Origin: a virus
IMG/VR virus record: IMGVR_UViG_3300029483_000015
Direction: 5' to 3' (one strand)
DNA length: 45,926 nt
A program made the translations under genes and the position numbers. Below the pieces are notes generated by a model that saw nothing but the letters and a program-made list of their open reading frames with translations, made no database searches and was not told where the DNA came from. Below, one piece after another: positions 24,201 to 34,304 of the stretch (its first letter is position 1; the number at the start of each line of letters is the position of its first letter).

Positions 24201-24291
24201 AACTCGCAGGCCGTCACGAACGGCCTTTATCTCCACGGCGGGGCGGGTTCACGCCTGCCCTGCCCAAACTCTTGTCACGAATAGGTTTTTT

Positions 24292-24768
24292 ATGGCTCGC
24301 ACTACTCGTACTCGTAAGACTTCCGCTCTCGGCACCACGGGCATTATTGCCGACACCGCTGAGCAGGAAGCAAAGAAGGTTTCTGACATCGCAGGCGATG
24401 AGATCATTTACATTGCCTGCGGCATGCCCCTCGGGCTCAAGTTTGATGACGTTGACAATGGCAATGGTGGCACGAAAACCGTTGTTTTCCCCGGGGTTAA
24501 TCACGCGCTAAGGGGGCAGGCTAAAGGCGTGCTCCTCGGCGCAGGGAACGCCGTCCTGGTGGGCGTAGCACGCCGAGACTGGGAGGACATCAAGCGCAAA
24601 CATGGTGGCGAGCGCGCCTTCACCGCCATGCCCCCGCTCCTCTGGGAGATGAGGAGCGAGAAGGAATTCAAGGCGCGCCGCGATGAGATTGCCGAGATGC
24701 GCACGGGCGTCGAGCCTGTCGATCCGGCTTCGGTCGGCGTTGAGAAGGTAAAAGACATCGAGGCATAA
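24292..24768 (+). CDS. Hypothetical structural protein
   Basis: 158 aa from the ATG at 24292. Confidence 0.5.
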   Translation: MARTTRTRKTSALGTTGIIADTAEQEAKKVSDIAGDEIIYIACGMPLGLKFDDVDNGNGGTKTVVFPGVNHALRGQAKGVLLGAGNAVLVGVARRDWEDIKRKHGGERAFTAMPPLLWEMRSEKEFKARRDEIAEMRTGVEPVDPASVGVEKVKDIEA

Positions 24769-24770
24769 AA

Positions 24771-25196
24771 ATGGACGTATCGCTTGATATTGAAGAATTC
24801 CGCTCATGGTTCCCGGGGCTGACAGAGACCGTCATCAATGATGTGCTCTTGGGTGTGCTGTGGGATCAGGTGGGGGCGATTGTCGGCACGACTGACGCAG
24901 ATAGCTTTGCCCCGTTCGAACCTGATGCGACGCCCCCAGTGCTCGAGCGTAAAGTGCTTCTCTATTACGCGCTGTGCCATATGGCCACGCTCTCTACGCG
25001 CGGCGATCAGCCCGGTCGCGTGGCCAGTGCATCAGAAGGCTCGGTGTCGTCATCCTTCGATCTCATCAAGAGCAACTCGCAGTCCGCGCAGTGGTGGAAT
25101 CAGACGCCCTGTGGGTCTACGTATTGGATGATGACGGGCAAATACCGTCTCGGAGGACGCCTGTACGTCTCTGACAACTATCACCCGTGGGGGTAA
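24771..25196 (+). CDS. Head-tail connector protein (DUF4054-like)
   Basis: 141 aa. Called from position and the motif LLYYALCHMATLS..GRVASASEGSVS. Confidence 0.5.
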   Translation: MDVSLDIEEFRSWFPGLTETVINDVLLGVLWDQVGAIVGTTDADSFAPFEPDATPPVLERKVLLYYALCHMATLSTRGDQPGRVASASEGSVSSSFDLIKSNSQSAQWWNQTPCGSTYWMMTGKYRLGGRLYVSDNYHPWG

Positions 25197-25813
25197 TGAT
25201 GGGCATCAAGGTTGACGCAGGCAAGGTGACGCAAAGGCTTGAGGGCCTCGCCAAACGGTACGGGAATCGTGCCGCGAAAGTGGTCGAGGTCGGGGTGACT
25301 GACGCAAGCATTGCCGAATACGCGCAGTACGTTGAGTTCGGCTGGGCTCAGCGCGTCACGCCGAAGCAATCGCTTTTCCTGAGTGGTGCCATTGGACGCC
25401 CGGTGCCCCTAAGTGATCGGGGGCGCCCGGACTTCAGCAAGGCGGCCATCAAGCCGGGGACGGCATTAGTAAATCCGCCCCGACCGTTCCTGCGAGGGAC
25501 GCTCGTTGCCGAGCAAGAAAAATGGAAGGGCGTGCTGAAGAAGGCGCTACAGGGGTTGCAAGACCCTGCGTCTGCTCTGACTGTACTAGGCACTGTCGCC
25601 GCACAAGACGTGCAAGCAACCATTGCAAGTGGCGGGACGACAAAGGAAAAGTTCCAAGAGCGCGCGCCGCTCACGATGGAGCTTTACGCCGCGCAGTCTG
25701 CAGGGCGTAAGACTGGGGGAAAAAACCACTCGTCGAAAGCCAGTTCCGACACGACGCAGCCGATGGTTTTGTCGGGGGCGTTGCTTCACTCAATCGCCTT
25801 TGAGGTCAAGTAA
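25196..25813 (+). CDS. Head completion / neck protein
   Basis: 205 aa. ATG overlaps the upstream stop (TAATG). Confidence 0.45.
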   Translation: MMGIKVDAGKVTQRLEGLAKRYGNRAAKVVEVGVTDASIAEYAQYVEFGWAQRVTPKQSLFLSGAIGRPVPLSDRGRPDFSKAAIKPGTALVNPPRPFLRGTLVAEQEKWKGVLKKALQGLQDPASALTVLGTVAAQDVQATIASGGTTKEKFQERAPLTMELYAAQSAGRKTGGKNHSSKASSDTTQPMVLSGALLHSIAFEVK

Positions 25814-25847
25814 ACATGAGCTTCAGGGTTGAGAATCGGGGAGTTGT

Positions 25848-26273
25848 ATGGGGCTGAATTTACATGCAGTGGTACGCGGATCGATCAATGCGATCCACCC
25901 GGATGAGGAAGTTCAGCTACTTCACTCAACGGGCTCAGTGCCAGATGAAAATGGCTTTGCCGCGCCGCAGTACGAGCGCACTATGGGCGTTATGGCGCAG
26001 GTGCAGAGCGAGGGCGATGCGGCGCTGTTTCATGCTGACATGGCGGGGGCTAATTCGATCGTGCGTAAGTTCTACCTATTCGCCCCGAAGGACTTTGCAA
26101 AACAGACCGCAGGCATCTTTCGTCCGCTCTCCCGCGCAGGGGATTACATCCTGCGTAAGGACGGGACTGTATGGGCTGTAGATGCGGTTCTAGAAAATTT
26201 TTCAGGCGTCAACTGGTTGAGTGTGCGCGCTACGCTTCAGCTAAGCCCGCCGCAGGGGATTGTATGGTTATGA
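25848..26273 (+). CDS. Neck / tail completion protein
   Basis: 141-aa ORF in the connector block. Confidence 0.45.
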   Translation: MGLNLHAVVRGSINAIHPDEEVQLLHSTGSVPDENGFAAPQYERTMGVMAQVQSEGDAALFHADMAGANSIVRKFYLFAPKDFAKQTAGIFRPLSRAGDYILRKDGTVWAVDAVLENFSGVNWLSVRATLQLSPPQGIVWL

Positions 26274-26839
26274 TGCAAAGCCCTCCTACGCGCTCTACGA
26301 TCGTCTCCGATGAGACGGTCTACAAGGCCGTCAAAGACTTCGAGTTGCTGATGATGTCCGGCCTTGAGGCTACGCACGTCATCGCGGGAAATCAAAACAA
26401 CCTTTCTCTGCCGGACTCGCGCGATTACGTCGTTAATACGATCATCGCGCACCGTGAGATCGGGACGCCCGTCGAGGCCTATGAGTGGGACACGGCGACT
26501 CAGAAAATGGACGCCGTGGTCTCTAGATTGGTCGAGATGAGCGTTCAAGTCGACGTCTATAGCGATCATCCTGAAACTGCCCGTATGCGCGCAGAATCGG
26601 TCGCGACGGTGGCCAGAACGGTGTCAGGCTGCGACTTCTTTCAGAAGTACGGCCTATCCAGTCTCTACGCCGATGACGTTCGCAATACAACCGTGGTGGT
26701 AGATGAAAATCAGTTCGTTCAGCGATGGACGACGACGCTTCACATCACCTACACGCACGTCGTCAGGCTTGATGTTGAAAGCACTGATGCCGTGCATGTC
26801 GGCGTGCATAACGTCGATGTGCGATTCCCGCCGCGCTGA
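26270..26839 (+). CDS. Neck / tail terminator-like protein
   Basis: 189 aa from the ATG at 26270 (ATGA overlap). Confidence 0.45.
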   Translation: MMQSPPTRSTIVSDETVYKAVKDFELLMMSGLEATHVIAGNQNNLSLPDSRDYVVNTIIAHREIGTPVEAYEWDTATQKMDAVVSRLVEMSVQVDVYSDHPETARMRAESVATVARTVSGCDFFQKYGLSSLYADDVRNTTVVVDENQFVQRWTTTLHITYTHVVRLDVESTDAVHVGVHNVDVRFPPR

Positions 26840-26868
26840 TGTGCATTGTCTAATTAACTTACCCAAGG

Positions 26869-26893
26869 AGCGCCCTGCAGAGGCGCTTTTTTA
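26869..26893 (+). terminator. Hairpin with U-tract before the sheath gene
   Basis: AGCGCC-N7-GGCGCT followed by TTTTTT. Confidence 0.5.
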
Positions 26894-26908
26894 TTGGAGG
26901 ATATCCAT

Positions 26909-28411
26909 ATGTCTTTGCCTGCATCCCGCATCGTTGCGGTCTCTCCGCGCGTAATCAGCGGCGGCGGTAGCGATCTTGAAACCAATGGGCTCCTGCTCAC
27001 GAAGAACACGGTTCTACCCGCCGGTACGCCTGCGGTAGCCTTTTCGTCGACGTCGGATGTGTCTGCCATGTTCGGAGCCGAGGCCGAAGAGACGGCTTTT
27101 GCTCAGCAGTACTTCGGCGGCGTGCAGAACCAGCAGAGCGCACCGAAGTCTCTTGTGATCGCACGCCGTGTCACCGAGGCTGACGGCGCTTGGATTCGCG
27201 GCGGCGAGCTTTCCGTTACGCTCGAAGCCCTGAAGAAAATCACTGACGGCTCTTTCAAGATTAGCGTCGGCGGTCAGGAAAAGAAGGCCGCTTCGATCGA
27301 TCTCTCCTCTGCTACTTCGCTCTCTGATGCCGCGACGATAATTGCTACGGCGATCTCAGACGTCAAGGGCACGTACGACAGCAATCTCAACGCCTTCACG
27401 TTTACGACGGACACGAAGGGCAAGGCTGCAACGATTGGCTACGCCTCTAAGTCCGACAGCGGCACTGACCTCAGCGAAATGCTCGGCCTGACGCAGGCCG
27501 CAGGCGCAGTCGTCTCTCAGGGTGTTGATGCCATGACCGAGGCGGACAACATGGAAGCCGTCTGCGCCGTCACGCGAAACTGGGTGGGCTTTACGACCCT
27601 CTGGGAGGCCGAGCTTGAAGAAATTGAAGCTCTTGCCGCGTGGGCGGACATCTACGACGACTTCGTTTACTTCCCGTGGTCTAGCGACAAGAATCTTGAA
27701 AGCACGCTGACGGCTTCGAACGGCGCGCTTGCAAAGATTGTTGATAAGTACGACGTCGTAGTCCCGATCTACTTCCCGACGTGGGGACTTTCCGCTATGG
27801 CAATGGCCTGCGGCGCTTCTATCGCTTGGAACCGCACGCAGGGCATGAAGACGTGGTTTGCCAAGTACGCCTCCGGCCTTTCCCCGAACGTTCTCGAGGA
27901 ATCCGTTGCGAACGCGCTTGAGAGCAACCGCATCAACTTCATCGGCCAGTACGCTACGCGTAACGATCAGTTCCAGTTCTTCAACCGCGGAACGCTCTCT
28001 AGCGACTTCTACGGCTTTGTTGACGTGCTCTATGGCTCGATCTATCTGCGCTCCGCGATCCAGACGAGCTGCATGTCTGGCTTCAAGAACGTCAACCGAG
28101 TACCGTACAACGCCGCAGGCGAGGCACTGATTCGCGCGTGGTGCCAGGATCCGATTAACCGCTGCATCAATAACGGCGTGATTGACGCCGGTCTCGCACT
28201 CAATGAATCGCAGAAGGCGCAGATCATGCAGGAGACGGGCGACGACGGCGAGGACGTGATTCGAGCGATCACCTCTAAGGGCTATTGGCTCGGCATCACC
28301 CTGCCCGATGCCGCAGGTCGTGCGAACCGCGAAGCGCCTTCCGTGACAATCTTCTACGCGTATGCGGGAAGCGTTCAGGCTCTTTCCGCAGAAGTGATTG
28401 CAGTTATCTAG
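26909..28411 (+). CDS. Tail sheath protein (DUF3383-like)
   Basis: 500 aa. The N-terminus MSLPASRIVAVSPRVISGGGSDLETNGLLLT is typical of the DUF3383 sheath family. GGAGG RBS. The tube gene follows. Confidence 0.75.
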   Translation: MSLPASRIVAVSPRVISGGGSDLETNGLLLTKNTVLPAGTPAVAFSSTSDVSAMFGAEAEETAFAQQYFGGVQNQQSAPKSLVIARRVTEADGAWIRGGELSVTLEALKKITDGSFKISVGGQEKKAASIDLSSATSLSDAATIIATAISDVKGTYDSNLNAFTFTTDTKGKAATIGYASKSDSGTDLSEMLGLTQAAGAVVSQGVDAMTEADNMEAVCAVTRNWVGFTTLWEAELEEIEALAAWADIYDDFVYFPWSSDKNLESTLTASNGALAKIVDKYDVVVPIYFPTWGLSAMAMACGASIAWNRTQGMKTWFAKYASGLSPNVLEESVANALESNRINFIGQYATRNDQFQFFNRGTLSSDFYGFVDVLYGSIYLRSAIQTSCMSGFKNVNRVPYNAAGEALIRAWCQDPINRCINNGVIDAGLALNESQKAQIMQETGDDGEDVIRAITSKGYWLGITLPDAAGRANREAPSVTIFYAYAGSVQALSAEVIAVI

Positions 28412-28467
28412 TGAACATCATCGGCCCTGACGGTTTGACCGTTGGGGCCTCTTTTTAGGGGCATAAA

Positions 28468-28899
28468 ATGGCCAGCTCTAATTTTGACGTCACGTCCGCG
28501 AACGCCCAGCTCGTTCTTACTGTAGATGAGCTTTACCCGTCCGGCATTCAGCTTCAGCAGTTCAGCGCCGACGGCATTTTCTCCAGCGACTCGATCGAGA
28601 TGGCGGAAACGCGTCGCTCTGTCGATGGATACATGGTGGCAGGCGTGATCAAGAACATTTCGTCTGTGACGCTCACGCTCGAAGCCTCCTCTCCGTCTGC
28701 CTCTGCGCTTGAGTATGTGCGCGATTGCATGGAGGCGAACGATAAGCCGTATGAATGCACTCTAACGTGCTACATCCCTTCGCTGGGGGTCACGCGCACG
28801 TTCGTGAAGGGCGTTCTCAAGAGCGCTCCTCCGATGTCGGCGGCGTCTCGCACGATGCAGCCGACGCAGTGGGGCTTTGACTTTGAGCGCGTGCTGTAA
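28468..28899 (+). CDS. Tail tube protein (DUF3277-like)
   Basis: 143 aa directly after the sheath gene. Confidence 0.65.
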   Translation: MASSNFDVTSANAQLVLTVDELYPSGIQLQQFSADGIFSSDSIEMAETRRSVDGYMVAGVIKNISSVTLTLEASSPSASALEYVRDCMEANDKPYECTLTCYIPSLGVTRTFVKGVLKSAPPMSAASRTMQPTQWGFDFERVL

Positions 28900-28908
28900 G
28901 GAGGAGCG

Positions 28909-29331
28909 ATGGACATCTCTAAGCTTGAAGTGCAGGACGGTACGACGCTCAAGAGCTTCACGATTACGCCCATGTCGGCTTACAAGGCCGAGCAGTGGAT
29001 GTATCGCGCGGCTTTTGCCATGGGACGTAACGTTGACGACATTCAGCAGGTTTTCAGCGACAAGCCCGCGGATTTGCTGAAGACCATCCTCACGATTCCC
29101 TACGACGAGGCACGCCCTCTGCTTGACGATCTCCTTTCGTGCTGCACGCTTGTGCAGGGCAATGCGCTGCGCCGCCTCGAAGGTGAGTCCGCGTGCGCCG
29201 TCATCGAGAGCCCGTTGACGCTTACGAAGCTCAGGATTGAATCACTTCGCCGGAACTTCGGTTTTTTCTTCGATGGCGACGCCTTGAAGTCCCTTATGCC
29301 GCAAAGTACCGAAACGCCTGCCTCAAAGTAA
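28909..29331 (+). CDS. Tail assembly chaperone
   Basis: 140 aa between the tube and tape-measure genes. Confidence 0.55.
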   Translation: MDISKLEVQDGTTLKSFTITPMSAYKAEQWMYRAAFAMGRNVDDIQQVFSDKPADLLKTILTIPYDEARPLLDDLLSCCTLVQGNALRRLEGESACAVIESPLTLTKLRIESLRRNFGFFFDGDALKSLMPQSTETPASK

Positions 29332-29336
29332 AGGGC

Positions 29337-29519
29337 GTGGCGTCCTTTGCGAATGTTCCCAAAATCTGCGGCGCGATTGTCGCCGCAGGTTTGGCCAGTA
29401 TGGTCGAACTCAAAGAAAAATTGACGCTCGAGGAGGCCTATGAGCTCCTCGAGGTTTTAGAGCTCCGCAACTACCATTCGTGGCTCGCACAACAAAGGCT
29501 AGAGAAAGAAAATGGCTAG
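29337..29519 (+). CDS. Second small chaperone-position ORF
   Basis: 60 aa with a GTG start. Overlaps the tape-measure start. No slippery site seen. Confidence 0.35.
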   Translation: MASFANVPKICGAIVAAGLASMVELKEKLTLEEAYELLEVLELRNYHSWLAQQRLEKENG

Positions 29520-31479
29520 TGTAGTAGACAGACTCGTAATCGCTCTCGGCCTTGACAGCGAGGAGCTGAACAAAGGACTCGAGAACGCGTCCAAGGCCGT
29601 CTCGGACCTCGGCAAGCGGATGGAAGTGAGCAGCGCCGAAATCGATCAGATGGCAGCCAGCGCGTCCAAGTCGACGCTTATGCTCGGCGGAGTCTCTGAT
29701 GAGGTGGCTGAGCGCATTATGGCGATCGGAACGGCAGGGCAGAAGGCCTCGCTCATCACCGGGCGCGCCATGGATGATCTGGCAGGTCGCATGGGAAAGC
29801 TCGGCACGCTTTTCAAGCGGGTAGTTGCGCCATTCGTCGCGGTCTTTTCGGGCCAGCAGCTCTTTCAGAATCTTTCTCAGATGGGCGAGAGTCTCGACAT
29901 TCTGAGTGAGAGAACGGGCGTTGCCACAGACAAGATCGACGCGTGGGCGAAGGCTAATCGTGATGCCGGCGGTAGCGAGGAGGCATTCAAAAGCGCACTT
30001 GAGTCGTGGATAGTAGACAAGCGCCGCTCAGCGGATGAGTTTTTCCGCATGGGCGAGGCCGTCAAGGGCATGACCGATCAGCAGGCATCGCACTTTTTGA
30101 ATGCGATGGGGCTGAGTCAGGATGCGGCCGCAGTCTTTACTAAGTTCAAGGACAGCGCGACCGATGCGGCCGAGGCATACAAGGGCGTCGCCTTCACACC
30201 GGAACAGGCAAAAGCCGTGCGCGAGATGAACATCCGTTGGCGGCAGTTCACGGATCAGGCGCAGGCTCTCGCCAACATGCTCGCCGTTACCGTGCTCCCG
30301 GTCGTGAACAAGGTGCTAAAGGCGATCGGCGACGGCGTTGCCTTCGTCAGAGAGCACAGCCGCGCAGTCAAGCTCGTTTTGGCGGGTGTCGGGACTGTTC
30401 TGGCCGCCACTTATGGGCGGTCGATCATTCAGGCGATCACGGCATCGTCGACGTTCTTCAAGGTGCTCAAGAGCGGTCAGGGCATCATGGCAGCGCTCAA
30501 CGCGACGATGCTCGCGAACCCCGTGGCCGTCGTAACGGCCGCTGTGGTTGCTCTCGCGCTAGCTTTCGATGATCTCTTCGCTTTCATTCGGGGCGGGAAC
30601 TCGATTCTCGGCCGCTTCCTGAGCTTTATCGGCGTATCTGATGAAAGGATTCAGGCGATCCGCGAGACCTGTCAGGAATGGCTTGACGCCCTCATCAATC
30701 TCCCGGCTGAAGCCGTCAAGGCTCTCGGCGAATTGTGGGACGCGATCAAGTCAATCGGCAGCTCCTTCAAAGAGGGCGTGGCGGATTTCTTCGGCGGTGT
30801 CGGTGAGTTCTTCGCCTCCCTGCCGGATCGCGTAGCCGGTTCGATCGAGCAAACGATTGAGGCTGTTGGCGCACTGGGTGACGCTATAGGAGACGCAATT
30901 GAACGCGGGATACAGTCTGCCATTGATTGGGCGATGAGCTCGTTCAAGGCGTTGGTCGACCAACTTAGCGCGTGGATTTCTGATGCTCTCGATATTGGCG
31001 GGAAGATCAAGGGCGCGGCATCAGGCGTCGTGGACTCTGCCAAGGGCGTCATCAAGGATACTTTCGGCGGCATTGCGGACTTTTTCTCGGGGAACGATAG
31101 CGACGAGAAGGGGGCGGAAGCTCCGGTGCGGGCAAACGATCCGAAGATCGTTCGTGTCAAGTACGATGCTCCGGTTGCCTACGCCGGCATGCCATCGCAG
31201 GAAAGCTCTTCCGACACGCTCGCTCGATTAGGCGATGCGCTTTCGGGCTTCTTCAGTGAGACGCCTATGCAGGCAACTGTCGGGAGCTTTGCGGCGGCTA
31301 AGTCTGCAAGCGCAGGCCCGGGCGTGACGAACGACATGCAGATTCAGGTGACAAACAACATTCAGACGAATGGCAACCCTGAGGCCGTCGGGCAGGCCGT
31401 TGGCGGCGCGATGGACAATGCGTTGAGCCGTCGAAATCGCATGCTTGTGGCAGCGCAGTCAGGCGTAATTTCAAAGTGA
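29512..31479 (+). CDS. Tape measure protein
   Basis: 655 aa. Alpha-helical and Ala-rich with central hydrophobic segments. Canonical position. Confidence 0.8.
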   Translation: MASVVDRLVIALGLDSEELNKGLENASKAVSDLGKRMEVSSAEIDQMAASASKSTLMLGGVSDEVAERIMAIGTAGQKASLITGRAMDDLAGRMGKLGTLFKRVVAPFVAVFSGQQLFQNLSQMGESLDILSERTGVATDKIDAWAKANRDAGGSEEAFKSALESWIVDKRRSADEFFRMGEAVKGMTDQQASHFLNAMGLSQDAAAVFTKFKDSATDAAEAYKGVAFTPEQAKAVREMNIRWRQFTDQAQALANMLAVTVLPVVNKVLKAIGDGVAFVREHSRAVKLVLAGVGTVLAATYGRSIIQAITASSTFFKVLKSGQGIMAALNATMLANPVAVVTAAVVALALAFDDLFAFIRGGNSILGRFLSFIGVSDERIQAIRETCQEWLDALINLPAEAVKALGELWDAIKSIGSSFKEGVADFFGGVGEFFASLPDRVAGSIEQTIEAVGALGDAIGDAIERGIQSAIDWAMSSFKALVDQLSAWISDALDIGGKIKGAASGVVDSAKGVIKDTFGGIADFFSGNDSDEKGAEAPVRANDPKIVRVKYDAPVAYAGMPSQESSSDTLARLGDALSGFFSETPMQATVGSFAAAKSASAGPGVTNDMQIQVTNNIQTNGNPEAVGQAVGGAMDNALSRRNRMLVAAQSGVISK

Positions 31480-31483
31480 GGAA

Positions 31484-31981
31484 ATGATGGCCGAAGTTTG
31501 GGCAATCGTTGACGAGAATGCGCGGCCGTTCTGCGGCTACACGGCACTTGATGGATTCGAGGACAACTCTACAGCCAATGTTCCGACGGAGCCGCAGGAA
31601 AACGGGGCGTTATACGCTTATGACAAAGTGCCTCAGCCGTCCGAGTGTTCTGTCAGCCTCCTTTTCTCTGGCGACTATCAGGCACAGCAGGAAGCCGTTT
31701 CCAGGCTCGAGTCCTACCGGTGCGGTGTGCAGCTCTTTCGCATCCTAACGCCCTCTAAGGTGTATAGCCGCATGGCTGTCGTGTCGTACGGCTATACACG
31801 CTCGGCAACGAACGGAGCTAACGCGCTTGAAATCCATGTTGATTTCCGAGAGGTGCAATCGGCAAAGGTCGGCGGGGCGTCTGTTGCGTGGGCACCCAAG
31901 AGCGCCAATGCAGCGAACAAGGTGCAGACGGGGCAGGCGCAAGGGGGCCTCGTTGCCGATCTCTTTTCGCGAGGAAGATGA
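31484..31981 (+). CDS. Tail / baseplate assembly protein
   Basis: 165 aa directly after the tape-measure gene. Confidence 0.5.
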   Translation: MMAEVWAIVDENARPFCGYTALDGFEDNSTANVPTEPQENGALYAYDKVPQPSECSVSLLFSGDYQAQQEAVSRLESYRCGVQLFRILTPSKVYSRMAVVSYGYTRSATNGANALEIHVDFREVQSAKVGGASVAWAPKSANAANKVQTGQAQGGLVADLFSRGR

Positions 31982-32298
31982 TGATACGCATACCACTGCA
32001 GACGCTTCCTAATCAGGAGTTTTCCATCGTCCTTGATGGGCAAAACTGCGTTATAAATCTGCGGCAGATGGGCGGCTTTTTGTATCTCACGCTAACGGCT
32101 GATGAGGTCAAGATTTGCGACAGCCACGTGTGCCGCACGATGTCGCCTATCCCCGTGTGGAATACGCCTGATTTCACAGGCAGGCTTTTCTTTCTTGACA
32201 GCGGTGGAAAATCCGCATCGCCTCAATACGATGCACTGGGCGACCGCTTTACGCTCAACTACGCGACGGAAGAAGAATGGCGAGCACTTACAGCTTAA
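31978..32298 (+). CDS. Baseplate-associated small protein
   Basis: 106 aa from the ATG at 31978 (ATGATG overlap). Confidence 0.45.
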   Translation: MMIRIPLQTLPNQEFSIVLDGQNCVINLRQMGGFLYLTLTADEVKICDSHVCRTMSPIPVWNTPDFTGRLFFLDSGGKSASPQYDALGDRFTLNYATEEEWRALTA

Positions 32299-33134
32299 AG
32301 GACATCCGAGTAACAATTACTCTTGACAAGAGCGGTGTGAACAACCAGCACACCTTCCAAGGCTTTGCCACGAATGTAGCAATCTCAAAGACGGGGGGCG
32401 TGGATTTCGCGACGGCGCAGGTTGAGATTTACGGCCTGTCGCTCGACACCATGGGGCAATTGACGACACTCGCCTTCAAGCCTCTCGGTCGTAGGTGGAA
32501 TGCGATAGAGATCGCGGCCGGTGAGCAGGGGCAGGAGTTGCCTGTGATTTTTCGCGGGTGCGTCACGGTTGCATACGCCGATCTCAACGGTTCGAGCCCC
32601 GTGCTCAAGATAGAAGCGCAGGTTGGCGCATACCCGCTCCTCGAGCCCGCGTCGACTGTGAGCGTGCAGGGGTCTCAGGACGTCGGGGACTTTATCAAGT
32701 CTCAGAGTGCGCAGGCGGGGTTCGAGTATCAAAACGACGGTGTGCAGGCAACGGTTTCTGACATGACGGTCTACGGAGACCCGATCACAAAGATGAAAAC
32801 GGTTGCGAATGCCGCAGGCGCGGACATCATCTTTGATGACGACAAGACGATCGTTGTGCCGAAGGACGGCGTAAGGCGTGCAGAAGGCGGCGTGCCCGTT
32901 GTCTCTGCTGACACAGGGATGATTGGGTATCCGACGTTTACGAACACGGGCATCCAGTGCAGGACGTTTTTCCGTCCAGAGCTACGAGTGGCGGCGGCGG
33001 TGAGCGTGCAGACGATCGTCCCTCATGCTTCTGGCGTATGGAAGATCACTCAGCTTCAACATTCTTTGAGCGCGCACAACCCTGGGGCGAGTTCTTGGGA
33101 AACGTCCTTTGATGGCATGTGGTTAGGAGAATGA
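32277..33134 (+). CDS. Baseplate hub-like protein
   Basis: 285 aa preceding the spike gene. Confidence 0.5.
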   Translation: MASTYSLKDIRVTITLDKSGVNNQHTFQGFATNVAISKTGGVDFATAQVEIYGLSLDTMGQLTTLAFKPLGRRWNAIEIAAGEQGQELPVIFRGCVTVAYADLNGSSPVLKIEAQVGAYPLLEPASTVSVQGSQDVGDFIKSQSAQAGFEYQNDGVQATVSDMTVYGDPITKMKTVANAAGADIIFDDDKTIVVPKDGVRRAEGGVPVVSADTGMIGYPTFTNTGIQCRTFFRPELRVAAAVSVQTIVPHASGVWKITQLQHSLSAHNPGASSWETSFDGMWLGE

Positions 33135-33135
33135 G

Positions 33136-33906
33136 ATGTCAGAGTACGCACAGCCGCAGAACGCGTTTACATCGGGCTCACAAATCAACGTCCTGGATTT
33201 TCTGATTCGCTCGGTCATCAAGGGCATGGTCAATACCGCGATTCCCGTGCGAGTGGACACGATCACGCGTCCCGGTGATGGTGCGGGCGCAGGGTACCTG
33301 AGCGCGACGCCGCTAGTCAAGATGCGAAGTGCGTCCGGCGAGGCGCTCGAGCCTGTCTCCATTCCTAAGCTCAGGTGGTTTCGGCTTCAGCACGGCACGG
33401 CCGCGTTAATCTGCGACCCGAAACCAGGCGACGTCGGCCTAGCCGTCTTCGCACAGCAGGACGTATCCACGCTCACGGGCGGGAGCGACGCGGTGCAACC
33501 GGGTAGCTTTAGATGCTATGACATGAGCGATGGGTTTTACTTTGGCGGTTTCTGGGGGCAGACGCCGACAACTTTCGTCAGGGTCGAAGACACTGGGGAC
33601 ATAACAATTACGGCACCGAAAACCGTGACGATCAATACGAACGTGGAGACGATCAACGCGAAATCATCGTGCACCGTCAACACGGCTACGGCGACGATCA
33701 ATGCGAGCTCCAATTGCAAGATCGACACCCCCACGACCCACATCACGGGCACGCTGAAGGTTGATGGAAAAATCACAGGCTCGGGCGGCCTAGCAGTCTC
33801 AGGTGGCGGCGGGGCTACGGTTTCGGGTGATGTTGTGGCAGATGGAATCAGCCTAAAGGGTCATGTTCATACCTGCCCAGACGGCACAACCAGCGCGCCA
33901 AAGTAA
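33136..33906 (+). CDS. Baseplate central spike (gpV / Mu gp45-like)
   Basis: An N-terminal OB-like region, then beta-helix repeats (TVTINTNVETINAKSSCTVNTATATINASSNCKIDTPTTHITG), ending in KGHVHTCPDG (apex HxH). Confidence 0.65.
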   Translation: MSEYAQPQNAFTSGSQINVLDFLIRSVIKGMVNTAIPVRVDTITRPGDGAGAGYLSATPLVKMRSASGEALEPVSIPKLRWFRLQHGTAALICDPKPGDVGLAVFAQQDVSTLTGGSDAVQPGSFRCYDMSDGFYFGGFWGQTPTTFVRVEDTGDITITAPKTVTINTNVETINAKSSCTVNTATATINASSNCKIDTPTTHITGTLKVDGKITGSGGLAVSGGGGATVSGDVVADGISLKGHVHTCPDGTTSAPK

Positions 33907-33935
33907 TCTAAACAATTTTCTTTAAAGGTTCGCAT

Positions 33936-34304
33936 ATGACGCATACAGCCTACACAGCAGAGCTTTCGTCAGAGTGGGACTTACAGCTTGACGGGAACGG
34001 AAATGTGGCGATGATTCGAGAAGCCCCGGCGATCTTGCAAAACGTGTGCAACGAGGGGCGACTCTTCTATCACGATGCGGTCTTCCGATGGGATCAGGGT
34101 ATAAAGTGGTTTGAGGACCAGATCGCCCAGCCGATTCAGGAGGCCGTCACGACCGAGGATCTGCGAACGGCGGCGTCAAGCGTCCCTGGCGTGCTCTCGG
34201 TGAACTCAGTGACGCTCAAGACGCTGGACCCGGCGACGAGAACGCTGAGCGCAGAGATCGAAATCACAACCGAAGGCGGTACGAATGGCAGAGCTGAAAT
34301 TTGA
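33936..34304 (+). CDS. Baseplate wedge protein (gpW / gp25-like position)
   Basis: 122 aa preceding the J-like gene. Confidence 0.5.
   Translation: MTHTAYTAELSSEWDLQLDGNGNVAMIREAPAILQNVCNEGRLFYHDAVFRWDQGIKWFEDQIAQPIQEAVTTEDLRTAASSVPGVLSVNSVTLKTLDPATRTLSAEIEITTEGGTNGRAEI

Noticed and set aside
28909-29519. A programmed -1 frameshift joining the two chaperone-position ORFs, as in gpG/gpGT
   Set aside because: No slippery heptamer is seen near the end of the first ORF, and the second ORF lies downstream of the stop rather than overlapping it. It cannot be supported from sequence alone.
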